From Candidatus Omnitrophota bacterium (lineage in GTDB: Bacteria; Omnitrophota; Gorgyraeia; Gygaellales; Profunditerraquicolaceae), in assembly GCA_029571225.1 (NCBI GenBank), contig JAKPTF010000035.1, forward strand, positions 12,575 through 76,574: a stretch of DNA of 64,000 nucleotides, read 5' to 3'. The first letter of the stretch is position 1, and the number at the start of each line of letters is the position of its first letter. Shown piece after piece: positions 32,001-47,000 of the stretch. The notes beneath the pieces were generated by a model, which made no database searches, was not told the DNA's origin, and worked only from the letters and a program-made list of their open reading frames with translations. A program made the translations under genes and the position numbers.

Positions 32001-35000
32001 CATCATCCTTGCCGGTAAGCACTGCAGCACAAGGGTCCACGGTATAAGACCTGAAGAAACCGATCGCGATCTTCTTCACATCCTTCCTGTCCATCCCCTC
32101 ATCGATCTCTTGCTTATAGATACGGTACAGGCCGCGCACCTCAGCCGCGCAGGCGCGCTCCGCAGGTGCGCCGAGACCGCCGTCTTTGGCAGCCGGGGAT
32201 CGCAATAATTGCCGGACGCGTTCGTGCAGCGCTTCTATGGAGCCGTTGTTGTCGATGATACGTGTCCTCGGATCACCACGGAGAGCGTCAAGCGCCGGTT
32301 TCTGACGCGCTTCGATATCGCCTATCTGCTCCCTGCTCAAACCGCGCGCAGCGAGACGGCTGTGCCTCACAGATTGGTCGGCGTCAATAAGCCAGATCTC
32401 ATCGCACAGGTCATCCAGCTCCTTCATCTCATTGAGCACTGCGGCTTCGATGACAATCATGGCCTTTCCCGACCGTTTTGCTTGAGCTATCCCGGCAAGC
32501 GCCCGCTCTTTCATGGGCTCGAACATGATCGCGTTCAGGGCGCGGCGCTGCGATTCATCGCCGAATACGATCGCGCCGAGTTTCTTCCGGTCAACCGCTC
32601 CGTCAGGCGCCAGGACGCCTGCGCCGAATCTTTGTACGATCTTTTGAATCATACCCGGATCAGCCCTGACTTCATGGCCTATGGCGTCCATGTGAATGAT
32701 CCTGACGCTCTCCATGACCTCTCTCTCGATCAGTGTGCATACCGTTGTCTTGGCGCTTCCGATATACCCGGCTACGCCGATTATTCTGGGCGTGCGGAAT
32801 GCCCTGTCTGCGGCACCCGGAAGCAGCGATTTGGCCATGACAACAGTTCCGTCATATTCAAGCGGCCCGCGGAATCCGAGAGACCTCAGGAAGCCGACAA
32901 CGTCCCTGCACGGTTTCCCGGTCTTCTTATTGGGCCTGACATGCACGATCAATTCCGTTATGGCCGGATCCCTGCTGAACTCGTTTTCAAGCAATGCGCA
33001 GAATATGCGTCCGCGCCTCAGTTTAAGGTCCTGCGGATACGTGCGCCAGAAGCTGACCACTGCCGCGTTCCCCCGCGTCCGGACCCTGGCAAGCCCGACC
33101 CAAGAAGACCGCTCACCGCCTGTTGCCAGATAGACAGTGTCCGGTTTCCGCTCGCTGAACTCAAGCCGATATTCCGGAATTCCTGTCTTGCCGCCGTCCT
33201 GCTGCGCAGCCGCCTGCAGTGGCGGCACCGGCGCATTGAGATCAACGGCATGATTGAGAATATGCCATTGGCTGTCATTGACGTTATGCGCCCTGGCATA
33301 CTCCTGTAATGCATCTGCCCGCTCGGCAACGGCATATTCTTTCCACTGCTGCGTCCCCTGCATCACGTAGAGATCAGCGACAAGGCCCGAAAGCCGGTCA
33401 TGCACCGGTTTGTGGGTCAGGTCAGGCCGCAGGACCGTGCGCAGGTATGCATGGGTCCAGATGCCTGCAGGGCCTTTGTTTATAAGATCGGCTTCGGCGC
33501 ACAATTCAGCGAGCTTCTGCTCTTTCTCATCAATACTGCCGGCCTTTTTTTCGCTCAACCATTTCCAGTACCTGCTTTCCACAGCTCCAAGCAAGTACAA
33601 CCAATCAACTGCCTGCAGGTTGCATTTGAACTCTTCGAAGCTACGGACATTGCGCGCAGCTTCAGGAACCCCGTCCCTGAAAGCATCACCGGCGTATATA
33701 CCGAGGCTGGCCAGGCGCAGGTTCATCTCTGCCATAAGCCCCAGCGCCTTGCGCAGATCTTCGAGCGAAAGATTGCCCACCATGCCTATGAACTCGTCTC
33801 TGACGATGGTTTCGAAGAACGGCCGCAGCCGTATGAATGAGTGGACTATCGGGCCTGCAAGAAAGCCTGCATTGGGAGCGCGTTTCTCCCTTCTTTCAAC
33901 CAGATAATCCTGCGGGAAAGCCGTGCGCATATCATAAAGCAACGCTATTTTCTCCCTGGCATCCGTATCCGAAACTCCTGCAGAGCGCATTTTCTCGCGC
34001 AGAAACGCATCGGAACGGAGATCTAACCGGAATTCCGCCCTGTGATATTTATTCCACACCGGCACGTCAAGAAGCTTTGCCGCAAGTTCTGCCCTATCGT
34101 CGCGCAGCAGACGGGTAAATGCATATACACGGTGCTTCTTCGCAAGGCGCGATACTGCGCGCGCTGCGCGCTTCAGGTAAAAATCAGGCATTTCTTTGCG
34201 TTCCGGATCCATAAGCATCTTGACGGCGTGGTAATCAAACGGGAACATAACCGCATTGCGGAGAAAGGGCGCCAGCAGGCCTGCAGATCCGAACAACGAG
34301 ACGAGTGCCACGAATAAAGCGTACGGTAATCCGGCAATTGAGGCTCCGGCAAAAGCATATAGGCCTGTAACGACTGTGAACAATGCGCAGGCGCCACAAT
34401 AAAACGAAGAGAACCATTCAGACGATCTTTCTTTTTTATTCAAATAGACAATACGGCGAAACAATGGCGCTGGTGAAAAATCGAACGGTTCCATGGGTTG
34501 ATTCTCGTATTGCGGCACATGGTGCGGCCAGGTGGCAAACGTGGCATGCATCTTGTCAGGGAAATCCTTATACTCTTTGCCGCCTGTATATGTCAGCCAG
34601 GGAATCAATATAACAAAGATGAACACGCCTGCCGCAAACGCAAGGACCGGGATAAGCAGCCCGCCGTCCCTGACCTGCTGGCCGCCTGCTGTCTCCGGAT
34701 CGACTGCATGGTTGAGCAGGATCCAATCATTCTCGGTCAGCTCGTTCTCACGTGCCAGATCCCTGAGATACTGTGTTCGCTCATCTGCAGAGCGGTTCTG
34801 CCAATCGGACGTTGTTTCCTCTATATAAAGCTTGGATACGGCTTTTTTGATGTTCTCTGGCGCAGGGGCAAGCACAGTCCGGAAATAGACGAATGTCCAG
34901 CATCCGGCAGGCGCATCTTTATGCAAACCATGTTTATCGAACATCCGGAGCAAAAGCTCATCCTGTTCGATAATGCTGTAAAGAGCGAGCTCCCATTTGA

Positions 35001-38000
35001 TATGCTGGAAATCCTCGATGATATGGTTCTGGATGATCGAAACTGCAAGAGCATCAAGATACTGTTGGAACGCAGGCAGGCTGGTAACGCTTCGGCATGC
35101 TGCCGGGATCCATGTGGACACGGTCTTATCATCGACCATGTTCATCGAGGTCAGACGGGCCTGGAATTCCTGGGCATACTGCAGCGCCTGACGGAAGTCG
35201 TCGAGGGTGAGATTTCTCGCAAGATCGTACAGGGAAGCGGACCTGCCGTCCTGGAACCAGATCTTCTGGAGGTCAGGCAGGCCTTTCCAGTATATCGTTT
35301 CCTGGAATGCCTGCGCGTAGGCGCGGCCATGGGCCCTTTCGCGGGCGTTTTCCAGGATGCCTTGCTGGACCTCAAGCCGCAATGCAACGCGCCTGGAGGC
35401 ATATTCCCTGAGATCATCCGGTATTGCCGGATGGGCCAGTATTTGCCTCGCCTTATCAGCTTCGAACCGTTCGATCCAGTTATTAAGTATCGACACGAGC
35501 GATCCCCGCTCGATTCGTGCGAAAATCGGCGCTGCATTATCAACATCTCTATCGGTCAGATAATCTACGGAAACACGATCGAAGCGCCGGACAATCGCCT
35601 GATCATTGGCAAGGCGAAGGATATGCAAACAACATGTGCCTGCACGGCGGCCGAATACATCCAGCATCATCAAACACCATACTGCCAAAGCCTTTGAACG
35701 GGGTAATTTACTGATCAAATAGACGGCAAATGAATACCCGACGCATCCCAGAACAATCGACATATATATATTTCGCGTATTCCACCATACGAACATGGGA
35801 TATATGGCCGGAATGACCCATGCGATAATAAATGTAAGGATGATCGGCACGGCATTGCTCTGCATCCTCGGATTCGCTGCTGCGGGATACGCCGGCTGAT
35901 CCGGCCACAGGCGCAGGTTCTTGATGAAACCGAACGGCCGGAGCAGGGACTGTCCGCCAATACCTCCATCGAAATTCTCGAGAATATATCCGTGCTTTTC
36001 CATATGATCCGTGCTGACAAACGCGAACGTCGGGCTAACGCCGGCCTCGCGGTTGGGTACTTTTATTATGCGGTAAAGGCCTAAGAGCCAAATGGAGTGC
36101 ATACCGAGGTACAGAGTCTCATCAGTTGCATTAAAAAAGACATGTTGTATCAGGCGGGAATGAAATATATCGGATTCACCACAGGCATAGTCCCGCAAGC
36201 CGAACTGGAGGCCTAAACGGGATGACGTGCTGATGCGCGTCGTATTTGAACGGCCGTCTTCGATGATCAGCGTATCCCACGTTTCGTGAAAATCGCCGGT
36301 GCGATCGCCATGGCACAAAAGCGATGACAGGTATATGGAAAAAGACAATTCTTTCCGGTCATATACCAGTGTAAACCGCCTGTTATCCGGCTGCCATATG
36401 ACGGTATCCCGTGTTTTTTCCCTTCGCAGGGCGTCTACTTTATCCAGATGTTTCGCAAGAAGATCAAACCTGGCCTGCGCCAGGCGCATGTGATGATACC
36501 GTTCATCATCGATCTCATCGAGCTTATCGAACGGGATGAAGCTGCTTCCGATCGGCAGGCTTGCGAGCAATTCCTGTTCATTCCTGAATGACTCGATTTT
36601 TTTACCGGCTATCGCGGAGACCGCCAAAGAACTGGTTTGTGCGCGCACAACTATCAACGCTTCAGACGGTTTCCCGAAGGCTGAATTTGAAAGTTTGCGG
36701 AATATGATATCACCGGCTTGTATCTTTTCCAATCCGGATATTTGGGGGGCAAAAGACTGTAACTCTGACATGTGGTTGGAAAGCTTGTGTTCTTCAGACA
36801 AAGTGTCCTTGTTAAATTCGCTCAGATACAGACGCATCCAGTCGCGGAGGCTGCGGCAAGGACTTGTCTTTTCCTGGCGCAGAAGATCAAACGCCGGCGG
36901 ACCGCGTAAGTCTTCGACAACATTGCGGTCAAACCACGATAAATCAACCGATGCCGCCTGGCTGATCGACTGCGCAACACCATGAAGGTCATCGTCGCTA
37001 ACGGATCTCATGGATCCGAAGCGGATCGTATTGTTTATCTCCGGGCAAATCCCTGGTACGCGGCTTGCCAGGGCATGCGCGGAGGACTGAAAAAGCAGCG
37101 CTTCATCCCTGGTAAGACTTCGGTACGCTTCAACCCGTGCAAGGAACGCGGATACTTCGGCATTGATACCGGGCTGTTCGCCTTTGCTGCGAATATAGAG
37201 CAAGTGCGCAGGCCTCATAAGCGCCATGAACATGAATATTTTCCTCTGCGGGATAGTCAATTCTTCCATGGCCTGCTTCAGCGCATTATTCATAACCAGA
37301 CAATACGTTGTACTGCCCTGTGCCTCATCCATGATGTTCACATCCCAGGGGCTCTCAGTGCGATCCGCCCAGAAAAACCCCGTTGAGCCTTTTGTAAGAG
37401 CGCAATAATAACACGGGTATACGATCTTCATCATGGCCAGGCCATGCTCATAAACCCTGGTATCCATGGGAAGCGCGACAAAATCCGCAGAGTGCTTTTC
37501 GATGAACGAAGACTCAAGCGCAAGCTCCCCGGCAATAAAACTGATGTTTCCTTTCCTGTCCGCGCCTCCGTCTTTGGGCTTCTGCGCATAAAGATTGACC
37601 TCATACAATTCAGACCGTTCCCAGTACGGGAACGCTGCTTTGGCAAGCAGCGCCCGTTCGTATTCGTTCAATTTCATATCAGAAGCAATCCCGTCAATTA
37701 TTGCCTGTTTATCCTTGGCCGGCAGCGCGTTCCAGTCATGCCTGCCCTGCTCCACAAAAAGCCTGCTGGCTGCGGCAGACGCCTGATTTTTGATTAATCG
37801 AATTTTACCGCCGTGGGGAAGGGTTTCAGAAACAAAAGATTCATCTTCCAGTACCGTGTTTATATATAGTCTCGTCCAGCCGCCCGAAGCCACCTGCTCC
37901 TGAAACGCCAGCTCCCTGCAGATATCGATCAGCTTTTGGTCTCTGCTGAACCACCGATTGTACCTGGTATAAGCTCTGTAACGGGATGTGATCTCAGTAA

Positions 38001-41000
38001 TGATCGCCATGGCCTTGATAGCATCCAGATTTCGCTTGAATTCGGCAAGGTCAACTGCCAGACAGGCGGCGGGGATACCGTCATTAAATAATGGTTTGAT
38101 ATCGACTTTACCGTTCAGATACACATAAAACCCCTTGATATGTTTCAGTGCCTGTTCGAAATCCCGTGCAGGAATAGTTTTCAACAGGCGCAGGAAGTCC
38201 GTGTTTGAGAACAAATCCCTGAAGAGCCGGTCAGCATCTGCGTTTCTTTCATTCTCCAGCAATCTGAAAACGGAACGCTGATCTAACGGATACGCCTTGA
38301 TCTGGTTCAGCATATCGTAAATCAACTTCGCCTTTTCCCTGCCGTCCGGCTCCGATGCCGCAGCCGTGACGATCTTATAGTAAAATTCGGTTTCTTTCTT
38401 TGCCCGCGGCAATAATATCCAATCGCGCCTTTCTTTCAATTCACGCGTCATTTTCCACCACGGATGGTCGACGATTTTGATTGTTTTCATTTCCTGGCCA
38501 TTGATAAGCCACTGGGTCAATACGCGCATCAATACATCATTATCCAGCCGCCCGTACAACGCTACTGCCCGGGCATACTCCTTATCTGCAATAGACGCGG
38601 GATCCTGTTCATCGAAATCCCTCATTTCCTTCAGGTCATTCCCGAATGAGCTCACTCTCTGTATAAACAATTGGACCCGCTGCGCCCGTGCAATAAGCAG
38701 GCACAATCCGGTGGTGAGACCCAGAACGATTAATAGTGCCGTTTGATTATCTACTAAAATAAAACAGGCAACGATGGTGACAACCAGGAAAACGCCGAAA
38801 GCGAGTATATTAAAGAATTCCTCTTTCATGAGAGAAAGATCGCCTTCTTTTACCTGTGCCATCTGCAGGCGGATACCCGGCTCTAACAGAATCTCGCTGA
38901 TTCCGGTGCCGGATCCCTGCTGCCTGCCGCCGTCTTTTAAAGGCGGGAGCGCATCTTCGGAAATGCCAGGATCCAGGGATTTATTCAGATGGTACCATTC
39001 CTTAAGAGAAGATAACTGATTGTCCTGAAACAGGGTTCTCATGAATCCGGCTTTCTGCTCGGGCGTATACGCCTTCCACTCAGGTTTTGATTGCTCGTTG
39101 AAGATCCTGAATACTGCTCTTTTGAGATTATCCGGGCCATGTGCCAGGATAGTTTTCAGGTATACGTGCGTCCAGGAACCAGTCTGGCATCTCGTCCAGA
39201 GTTCCAGATCATCGGCGAGTTCCTTCAAATACGCGACCTGCGCGAGCGTATCATTGGCGCGGTATTGTGCCTGCTGCCATTTGATAAACCTGGCAACGAT
39301 GCCTTCGATGATCACCATGCTCTCGACGCCCTTAAGGTTCTCCCTGAAAGACTCGATGCTTGCCACACCACGGCATGCGGCCAGCAACCCTTCATTGACC
39401 AGCTCACCTGTGCCGAGGCCTGAACGCGCCAGGAATGCATACAGGCCGCTAATCAGTTTCAGGCATTCCCGGAAATCCTCGACAGACAGGTTACGCACCA
39501 GATCCTTGAATTCCTCGCGCGTGCGCATTTCGACAAAATCCTTTTCGATTTGCTGCGCGCGAACATCCCCCAGGGATGCGCTGTTCATATCCCTCAGCAT
39601 ACTGCATAATGACTTAACTTTTGCCTTGGCGTCACCGAAAGACGGCACCGCATCCTGCATTGCGTCAAGGAGAAGTGCCTCATTCTGTATCAGAGATTCA
39701 TATACCTTGCGTCCTCTGCTCATCGGCCGATGCGCCATAATAAGCGCTATCTTGTCGGACTCTCCCCTGAACAGCAGGTCCTTTAAAAGCAGAACGGTCA
39801 TGTAATGCGTGGTCCAATAGATGGCCCTGCTGGCGTTTTTGATCTGCCGTTCTGAAAGGGCCTTTGTTTGAACTGCATAAAATGTATTCAGGGCTTCAAA
39901 TGTCCAGGAAATACGCCACATTTTCCCGAAAAGACCGTACATATAACGGGTAAATTTAAATATACAGGCAAAGAACATCCAGATAAACGGCCAGATTGCT
40001 GCTAAAACTACCGCCGCAAAAATGCCCGTGTTCTGCGATATGATTACGCCGCCTACGAGATGCGGGCCGAAGATACCAAAGGCCACAAGCCCAGAAATCA
40101 AAAGAATACCACTGATAGAGTGCCATGGCAAGAAGCCTTTCGTAATGATCTCAAGAGCACGTTTAGCCTCCTGCCAGAAAATGTTGGTCAAGTACTCTAT
40201 CAGCCGCTGCCTGGCAAGTTCCAACGACAGCCTTCGATATTCCTCGTACGTATAGGGGAATCCTTCTGCCTTATGCCGCGTGCTTCTGCCGCCGTCCTTC
40301 TGGCCATTGCCGTTGACGTCACGGCGGCCTGCGGCGTAGAACCCGCGCTCCTGCAGGATCTCGTCGCGGATGATCGAAGCAATGGCAAGCGGCACGTTCT
40401 CGATGTCGCCCTCAACAACCCAGTGCGAATACACCTGCTGGACATAGGTAATACCTTCACCGATGCCTAAACCGATGACCTTGATGCCTTCAGCTTCGGC
40501 TTTCTCAATTTCCTCCTGCATGACCGCGGTATTATTGAAGTGGCCGTTGCCCTCTCCGTCTGTGATGATGATAATAACACGGCTATCTACTGTTTCTTCG
40601 CGCATCTTTTCTACTGCCAGCCGCAGCGCATCGACGTCGCATGTAGCGCCGCCACCCATGAAGTTTATGATCTCGCTGATCAGCTCTTCTTTTTTGGCCA
40701 GGTCAAGCTTCTCGTCAAATTCTTTGTGCACCCATGCCCCTGAATGAAACCCGATGACGTTGAATTCAATGTTCAGGTACTGGAGCGTCTCCATGAGCAG
40801 GACCAAACCATGGATCTCGTCTTCCACGCGGCCCATCGCGGGAATACTGCCGCTTTCGTCCAGCAGCAGCGAGAACCTGTGGCTGCGCGATTCCGGCCGC
40901 GTCTTGCGCAGCCAAACCTTATCGTCGCTAATGCCCTTGACCTCATATGCGATATCCGCCTGCATTAGCCTGCGAAGGTCTATCTTCTTGCCGGTGCGGT

Positions 41001-44000
41001 AGAAACCCTTGAAGCGCGGCTTTGTATCCTTGTGCAGGATGTTGTCGAGATAACCGATGAGCGTATTGATGATGACGCTGACCGGGGCGTAGTATTTGTC
41101 ATAATCAGTAGAGTGCTTTTTGCGCTGGATCTCGAATTTACGCTTGAGGTCGATCAGATCGCCCAACGACCTGCCTTTGAACTGCGCATCGCGGGCCGCT
41201 TTCTTCTGGTCAAGCCGCTTGTCGCTATCCTTATTGCTTTTCCTGTCCGTTTCGTCTTTCTTTGGTTTTTCGCCGGCTTCCTGCGCTGCCTTTGCTTCTT
41301 CTTTTTCGCGCTCTTCCTGCTCCTGGCGCAGGCTTTCCTCCGCCGCTTCGATCTCATTCTCCTTCTGGGCTTTCTCTTCCGCGTTCTTTTCTGCGTGCGT
41401 ATATACCTTTGCGCCGAATTTATCAGCCATTTCCTTCGATTTCTCATCGACGATCTGGCGCGCACGTTGCACGATCTCTTCTTCGCTTAATTCATGGTCC
41501 CAGTCCTCTTCGTCGTTCTGGTCGCTGCTTCCACCTTTCTGATCCTTATTTTGAGGTTCCTGGCCGCCCCCGCCGCCACCCTGCTGGTCTTTTTGATCCT
41601 TATTGTCCTGCTGGCCTTGCTGCCCCTGCTGGTCGCCCGACCCGCTACCGCTCCGGTTGCATTGCTTGCAGCCTTGTTGATTCCGTTTCCTGACCTGGTC
41701 CTTCACGAGATTTTCCGATTCCTGCACTAACGGCTCGTACACAGGCATGATCTTGTCGCGCAAGACACGCATCACGTTCTTGGACGCCTTGAGCTTCTCG
41801 GTCGCGGTCGGGTTGAGGTCCATAAGGACTTTTGTCTTCTCGTTGATATCCGGGGCTGATATCTTGCGTTCATGTCTGCGGTTATCTTTGATAACAAGAT
41901 CTTTTTCCCCGTCCCTGCGCACGGATAATCCCAGGTCTGGAGCATCGACTGCCTCATCGCCTTCAGGATACATGACTGTCTGGCGCCTGCCGTCCGCCGT
42001 TGTAATAGTCAACTTATCTTTGTCCGTGCGTTCAACGTCTATCGTGCCGGCAAGGGTGTTGAAGATGCCGGTATAATCCTTTCTGGTTTTCTCCAGAGCT
42101 TCCAGGACATTCTTGTTTTTGATGCGCGGATGCGGTTTGCCGTACGCCCAATCGTGTATGGCGCCAAAACCGTACTGCAGATGCGGCAGGACCTGCTGGT
42201 CATTGAATGGCTCGTTCGAGTCAGCGCCGAGCAGCTTGGGATCCTCATAAAGCGCGTCAATATACTTATCAGCTCCTTCGAATTTCTTTTTTGTCCAGTT
42301 ATTGACGCGCGGGTCTTCGAGGGCGTTCCAGACGAATTGCCTCGTCGGTTTCTGCTTGACGTACGGATCAGGGAAGGTGATGTCGCGATGGGCGCCTTCA
42401 TGAAGGCACGCGCCAAGCACGAATTCTTCCTTCTTATCAAGCAGGTCCGATTCCGGGCAGTGCATCACCGGCGGCTTGGCTTCAAGGTCAACGCCCCACA
42501 TGGGGCCCGGGCCGGGCTGGATCTTCATGTCATGGCCGAACGACCGGGCCATGGATTCGACGCGGCGCACCTTATCCTGAATCTTGCGTTCCTTTAATTT
42601 CCGGGCGAGCCAGTTCTCCTGGTCCTGCCTGGCATCGTCCGCAGCCGGCTGCTGCTCATTCTCATCCCCCCCGTCTTTCCTGCGCAAGACCGCGTCAGGA
42701 TGAACAAGCTTTGATGCAGCAATCTTCTCGGCAATGGCTTCTTTTGTTACGATGAGGGGTTTTACGACTGCGGGGCCCATTGCAAGCAGTTCTTCCCGGG
42801 TGATTTCGCGTGTCAGATTATCCAGGCTATCGAAACGTTCGATGATCGTCTTAAGCTGCGCATCGCTGATGGCGGCGACTTCTGATGCGCTTGCGATCGC
42901 GACCGGGCTGAATTCTTTCATGACACAAACCGTTTTATCCAGCGCTTTGTCAATCAGAGGCAATAACGCGCAGCACACGACCCGGTGCGCCAGCGGCAGA
43001 GGCGGGCCCGTGGTCAAGACAGGCGATGCCTTTCTCTGCGCGCGAATGATATCTTTTTCATTCGGGTTTATTCCGCTTAATGCCTCGGCAATGCAGCAGC
43101 GCGGCCACTGCGCATACAGAATATCTTCCAGCTCATCACTGAGTCTTTCCATTGCATCCAGGACAGCATCAGTACGCAGAGCCCGAGGTTCCATTGCTGC
43201 AAATTCCGCATAGTGCTGCTGCACATATGCCTCATCCAGGCTTAAGGCTTCAGCGATAAACCGTATATTCGCATCCTCTTTTTCTCCACCGTCCGCTTCC
43301 TGCTCTTTGGAGTACGCCGGGATATCTTTATTCGGGTCAAGCGCTTTGTTCAGCTTATACCATGCATGGCCGTTAAGCCGAAAATCCCTGGCCAATGCCC
43401 GCAGGAATGCATCTTGTGCGGATGGAGAACGGCCTTTCCAATCAGGCATTGCCTGTTCTGCGAACAATTTTTTTACCGCTTCTTTCAACGGTCCCTCATC
43501 TTTCTCAAGGATCGCAGCATAATAGACCTGTGTCCAGGCGCCAGCTGGGCCTCTTGATTCCAGTTCCATCTCCTTGCTCAATCGGAGAAGCTCTTGTTCC
43601 TGCAGGAAAATGTTCTCCTGGCGGTATTGCTTGGTTTTCCACTCGTTGAATTTAACGATAATACCTTTAACTATCTGCTGGCCCTCAATACCTTGTATGC
43701 TGGACCTGAATTCCTCAAGGTTTGAAACTGCGCGCGCCGCAGCGGGAACTCCCTCGGAAAGCGCCTCATTGGGATCAATATCCTTGCTGCTTAGAAACAT
43801 ATACATATCTTTGATGAAATCGAGGCTTTTACGGAAATCATGTGTCGGCAGGCGGCGGATCAGATCAAGGAAATCAGGATTCCTGCGCATTGTCCCGAAT
43901 GCCGCTTCAAAATCGACCGCCTTGCCCCAGACGTTTTCGAGCATTGCGTCTTTAAGGGCGACCAGTGCATTGACATTATCGCGCGCTTCTTCCGGCGACC

Positions 44001-47000
44001 AGGACATGATCCATACCTGGTCAAAGAAAGAAGCTTCCTCGCGGATATCCTCTTCAATCGATTTCTTCTCTTCGTCGGTCCATACGGACTCAAGCTCAAG
44101 GATCCTCTGTATCCTGTCCTCTTTTCCGTTGAGCAGCATCCGGCGGAGCACCATGGCGCGGTATTTTGCAGACATCTGTTTCAGGAATTTTCCCGCGAGT
44201 GCAATATCTTCCTGTGATATGTCTTTCACAGGCCTATCATAAACCTTTGAAAATCCGCGGAACCTCTTGTCAAAACGGACCGACCGCACGGCGAACCGCA
44301 ACGCATTAACCCCTGTGTAGAGCGCCAGCGTAAAAGCAAAAAAGATAAACAACGGCACGAAACATACGGGCTGCAGTAACAGTCCGTACCAGATCCAGTC
44401 AATGATAGTGTAAAGATATAAGTGAACACCCAGGAACACATCAAGCAGATATGCCGCGATGGCCGGCATCCACACAAAACCAGCCATCAAATAAACAAAA
44501 AGATACTTGCAAAATATGTCCTCCAGGACTGCATTCAGTTTCGCGCGCGTACCTAACCGCTCCGATTCTTTGCCCCTGATAAATTCGTGTTTCATATCAT
44601 CAACAGGGAACACAGGCGCATCGCTGCCGCCATCTTTAACCGGATTGGCGCATTCAGGCGCGCTGATACCTTTGGTCAAACAGGAATTAACGATCTGTTC
44701 CATTTCCTCCGGCCTGAACTCGCCGTCGATCCAGAATTCCTGGAACTTATTCCTCATGGCCAGCGAAAGCCGGTTGCGGCCTGCATACCTGCTCGGGTTC
44801 ATGGCGGCGAAGAGGCGGAAATCAGGATGCGGCCGCACCATTTCGCCCTCATGTTCGGTGATGACCAGGTATCCGTCGTCGTCAAGCAGGGAATTGATGC
44901 GCTCGAGTATCTGCGGTTCTGCGAGATTGATCTCATCGAGCAATATCCAGTATCCCTTTTTCATCGCCTCAACAAGCACGCCGTCGCGCCAGCCATATCT
45001 GCGCTTACCCTCTCCTTCCAGAGGCAGATATTCGCCGATAAGTTCCGACGTATCGGTCTGGCCGTCAAGCGACACGCGCACGAAATTGGCATTGGCCAGG
45101 CGCGCCATATAACGGATAAGCGACGTCTTGCTGGATGCGGTCGGCCCGACAAGAAGGACATACTCGCCCATTTTTATGGACGGCGCGATCCTCACCAGGT
45201 ACGACAGCGTTGTCTGGATGTGAACAAGCGCCGCATCAGGTCCTGGTATGTACGGCCCGCCATGCCGGAGCTTTTCAACCCTGACACCGCTGAAATCGAC
45301 CCCGTCAGGATCATCGGTAATGCCGTACGTGCGTGACGCCTGCGCGGGAACATGGCAATGCTTTGCAACAATCCGGTCGAACACCGCCTTGTCCTTTGCG
45401 GTGCGCAAACAGCTGCCGTACACCTCTTTCATCTGGCAGCACAAAAGGTCATGCAAGTCACCCTGGCCGTTGTTGAGCAGGTTTATCCTGTTCGACACGC
45501 GCAGGAGGTTGCGGAGGGTAAAATAATAGAACTCCCCCTCCTCTGAACCGAACAGTCCTTCGACGCCAGCGGTGCGGATTTCGTAGTGAAGGTCGCGGAT
45601 GATCCGGAGGCTGTTGCCGTCCACCTGCGTGAACTTGCGCTCGAGAAGGTCAAGGAGCTCCGATTCCGGCATCTCGTCGATCCATTTGACCCTGAACCGG
45701 TTCATGAAGGCAGGCGATAGCGCCTTGCGGCCCGCATATTCCACCGGGTTCATGGTCGCAAAAAGCCTGAAGTCCGGGTGGGGCACGATCTTTTCGCCTT
45801 CGTGTTCGCGCAGGATTATGTTGCGGTCGTCATCGAGCAGCGAGTTAATGCGCTCGATGATCTGCGGCTCAGCAAGGTTGATCTCATCCAGGAGCAGCCA
45901 TTGGCCTTTTTTCATCGCGTCGATAAGGATGCCGTCGACCCAGGCGAATGAACCGTTGATCTGCGGCCGCGATCCGCCGATGAACTCCAGCTTGTCGGTC
46001 TGGCCGTTCAAGTTGAACCTGCGGAAATCGTTATTTGTCATGGCAGCCAGGTAGCGGATGAGGGATGTCTTTCCGACGCCGGTCTCGCCGACGAGAAGCA
46101 CCTGCTCGTTCATGGCCACCGCATACGCAAGTGACTGGAGGTTATGCACGGTGCTGGGCGTATGGATCAGCTGCGCCGTTGCCTTATTGGGCACGTATGC
46201 CCCGGCTTTTTGGTTGACCGGAAGGACGGTCAGGCCCACGGTCACCTCGTCATCCGTAACCTTTATGGCATCCTGCGGCGTTGGAACAAATACCGCAGTA
46301 TCGGCGCCGCTCGCCGCTGCTCCGAGGTCCTGCAGAAGAACCGCAAACTGCCGCATGTCTTTCTGTGTTTCCATGCGGTCCTGATATACGTACATGGCGC
46401 CTTCCAATACCGCTTTCTCGGTCCCGATGGACTGATACATGTTCACGAAACGAGCCCACGATTTCAAGTCCCTGATGCTGAACACATACCCCTGCAGGCC
46501 GCTGCCGGAGAGCGCGCCGGTATTGACGAGCGAAAGCAGCCTCATATGCAGCCTGACCATTGCCCCGGCAATCGCGTCCTTATCCGGTACCTGCAAATAC
46601 CTGCCCACGATCGTGATCAGCTCATCCTTTTGGAAATTGCCGTCAATCCAGATCTCATGGAACTTGTTGCGCATTGCTGGCGAAAGCTTGTTCCTGCCGG
46701 AGTACCTGCTCGGGTTCATGGCGGCGAACAGCCTGAAGTTCGCATGCGGCCTGACCTGCTCCGCCTCATGCTCGGTAACGATGATTGAGCCATCGTCGTC
46801 AAGGAGCGGATTGATGCGCTCGAGGATCTGCGGCTCGGCGAGATTCACCTCGTCCAACAGCACCCAGTATCCCTTTTTCATCGCATCAATAAGGACACCG
46901 TCGCGCCATACATATTTCCTGCCAAAACCGTTGCCTTCAGGCGCGTATTCGCCGATGATCTCTGCGGTATCGGTCTGGCCGTCAAGGGACACACGGACAA

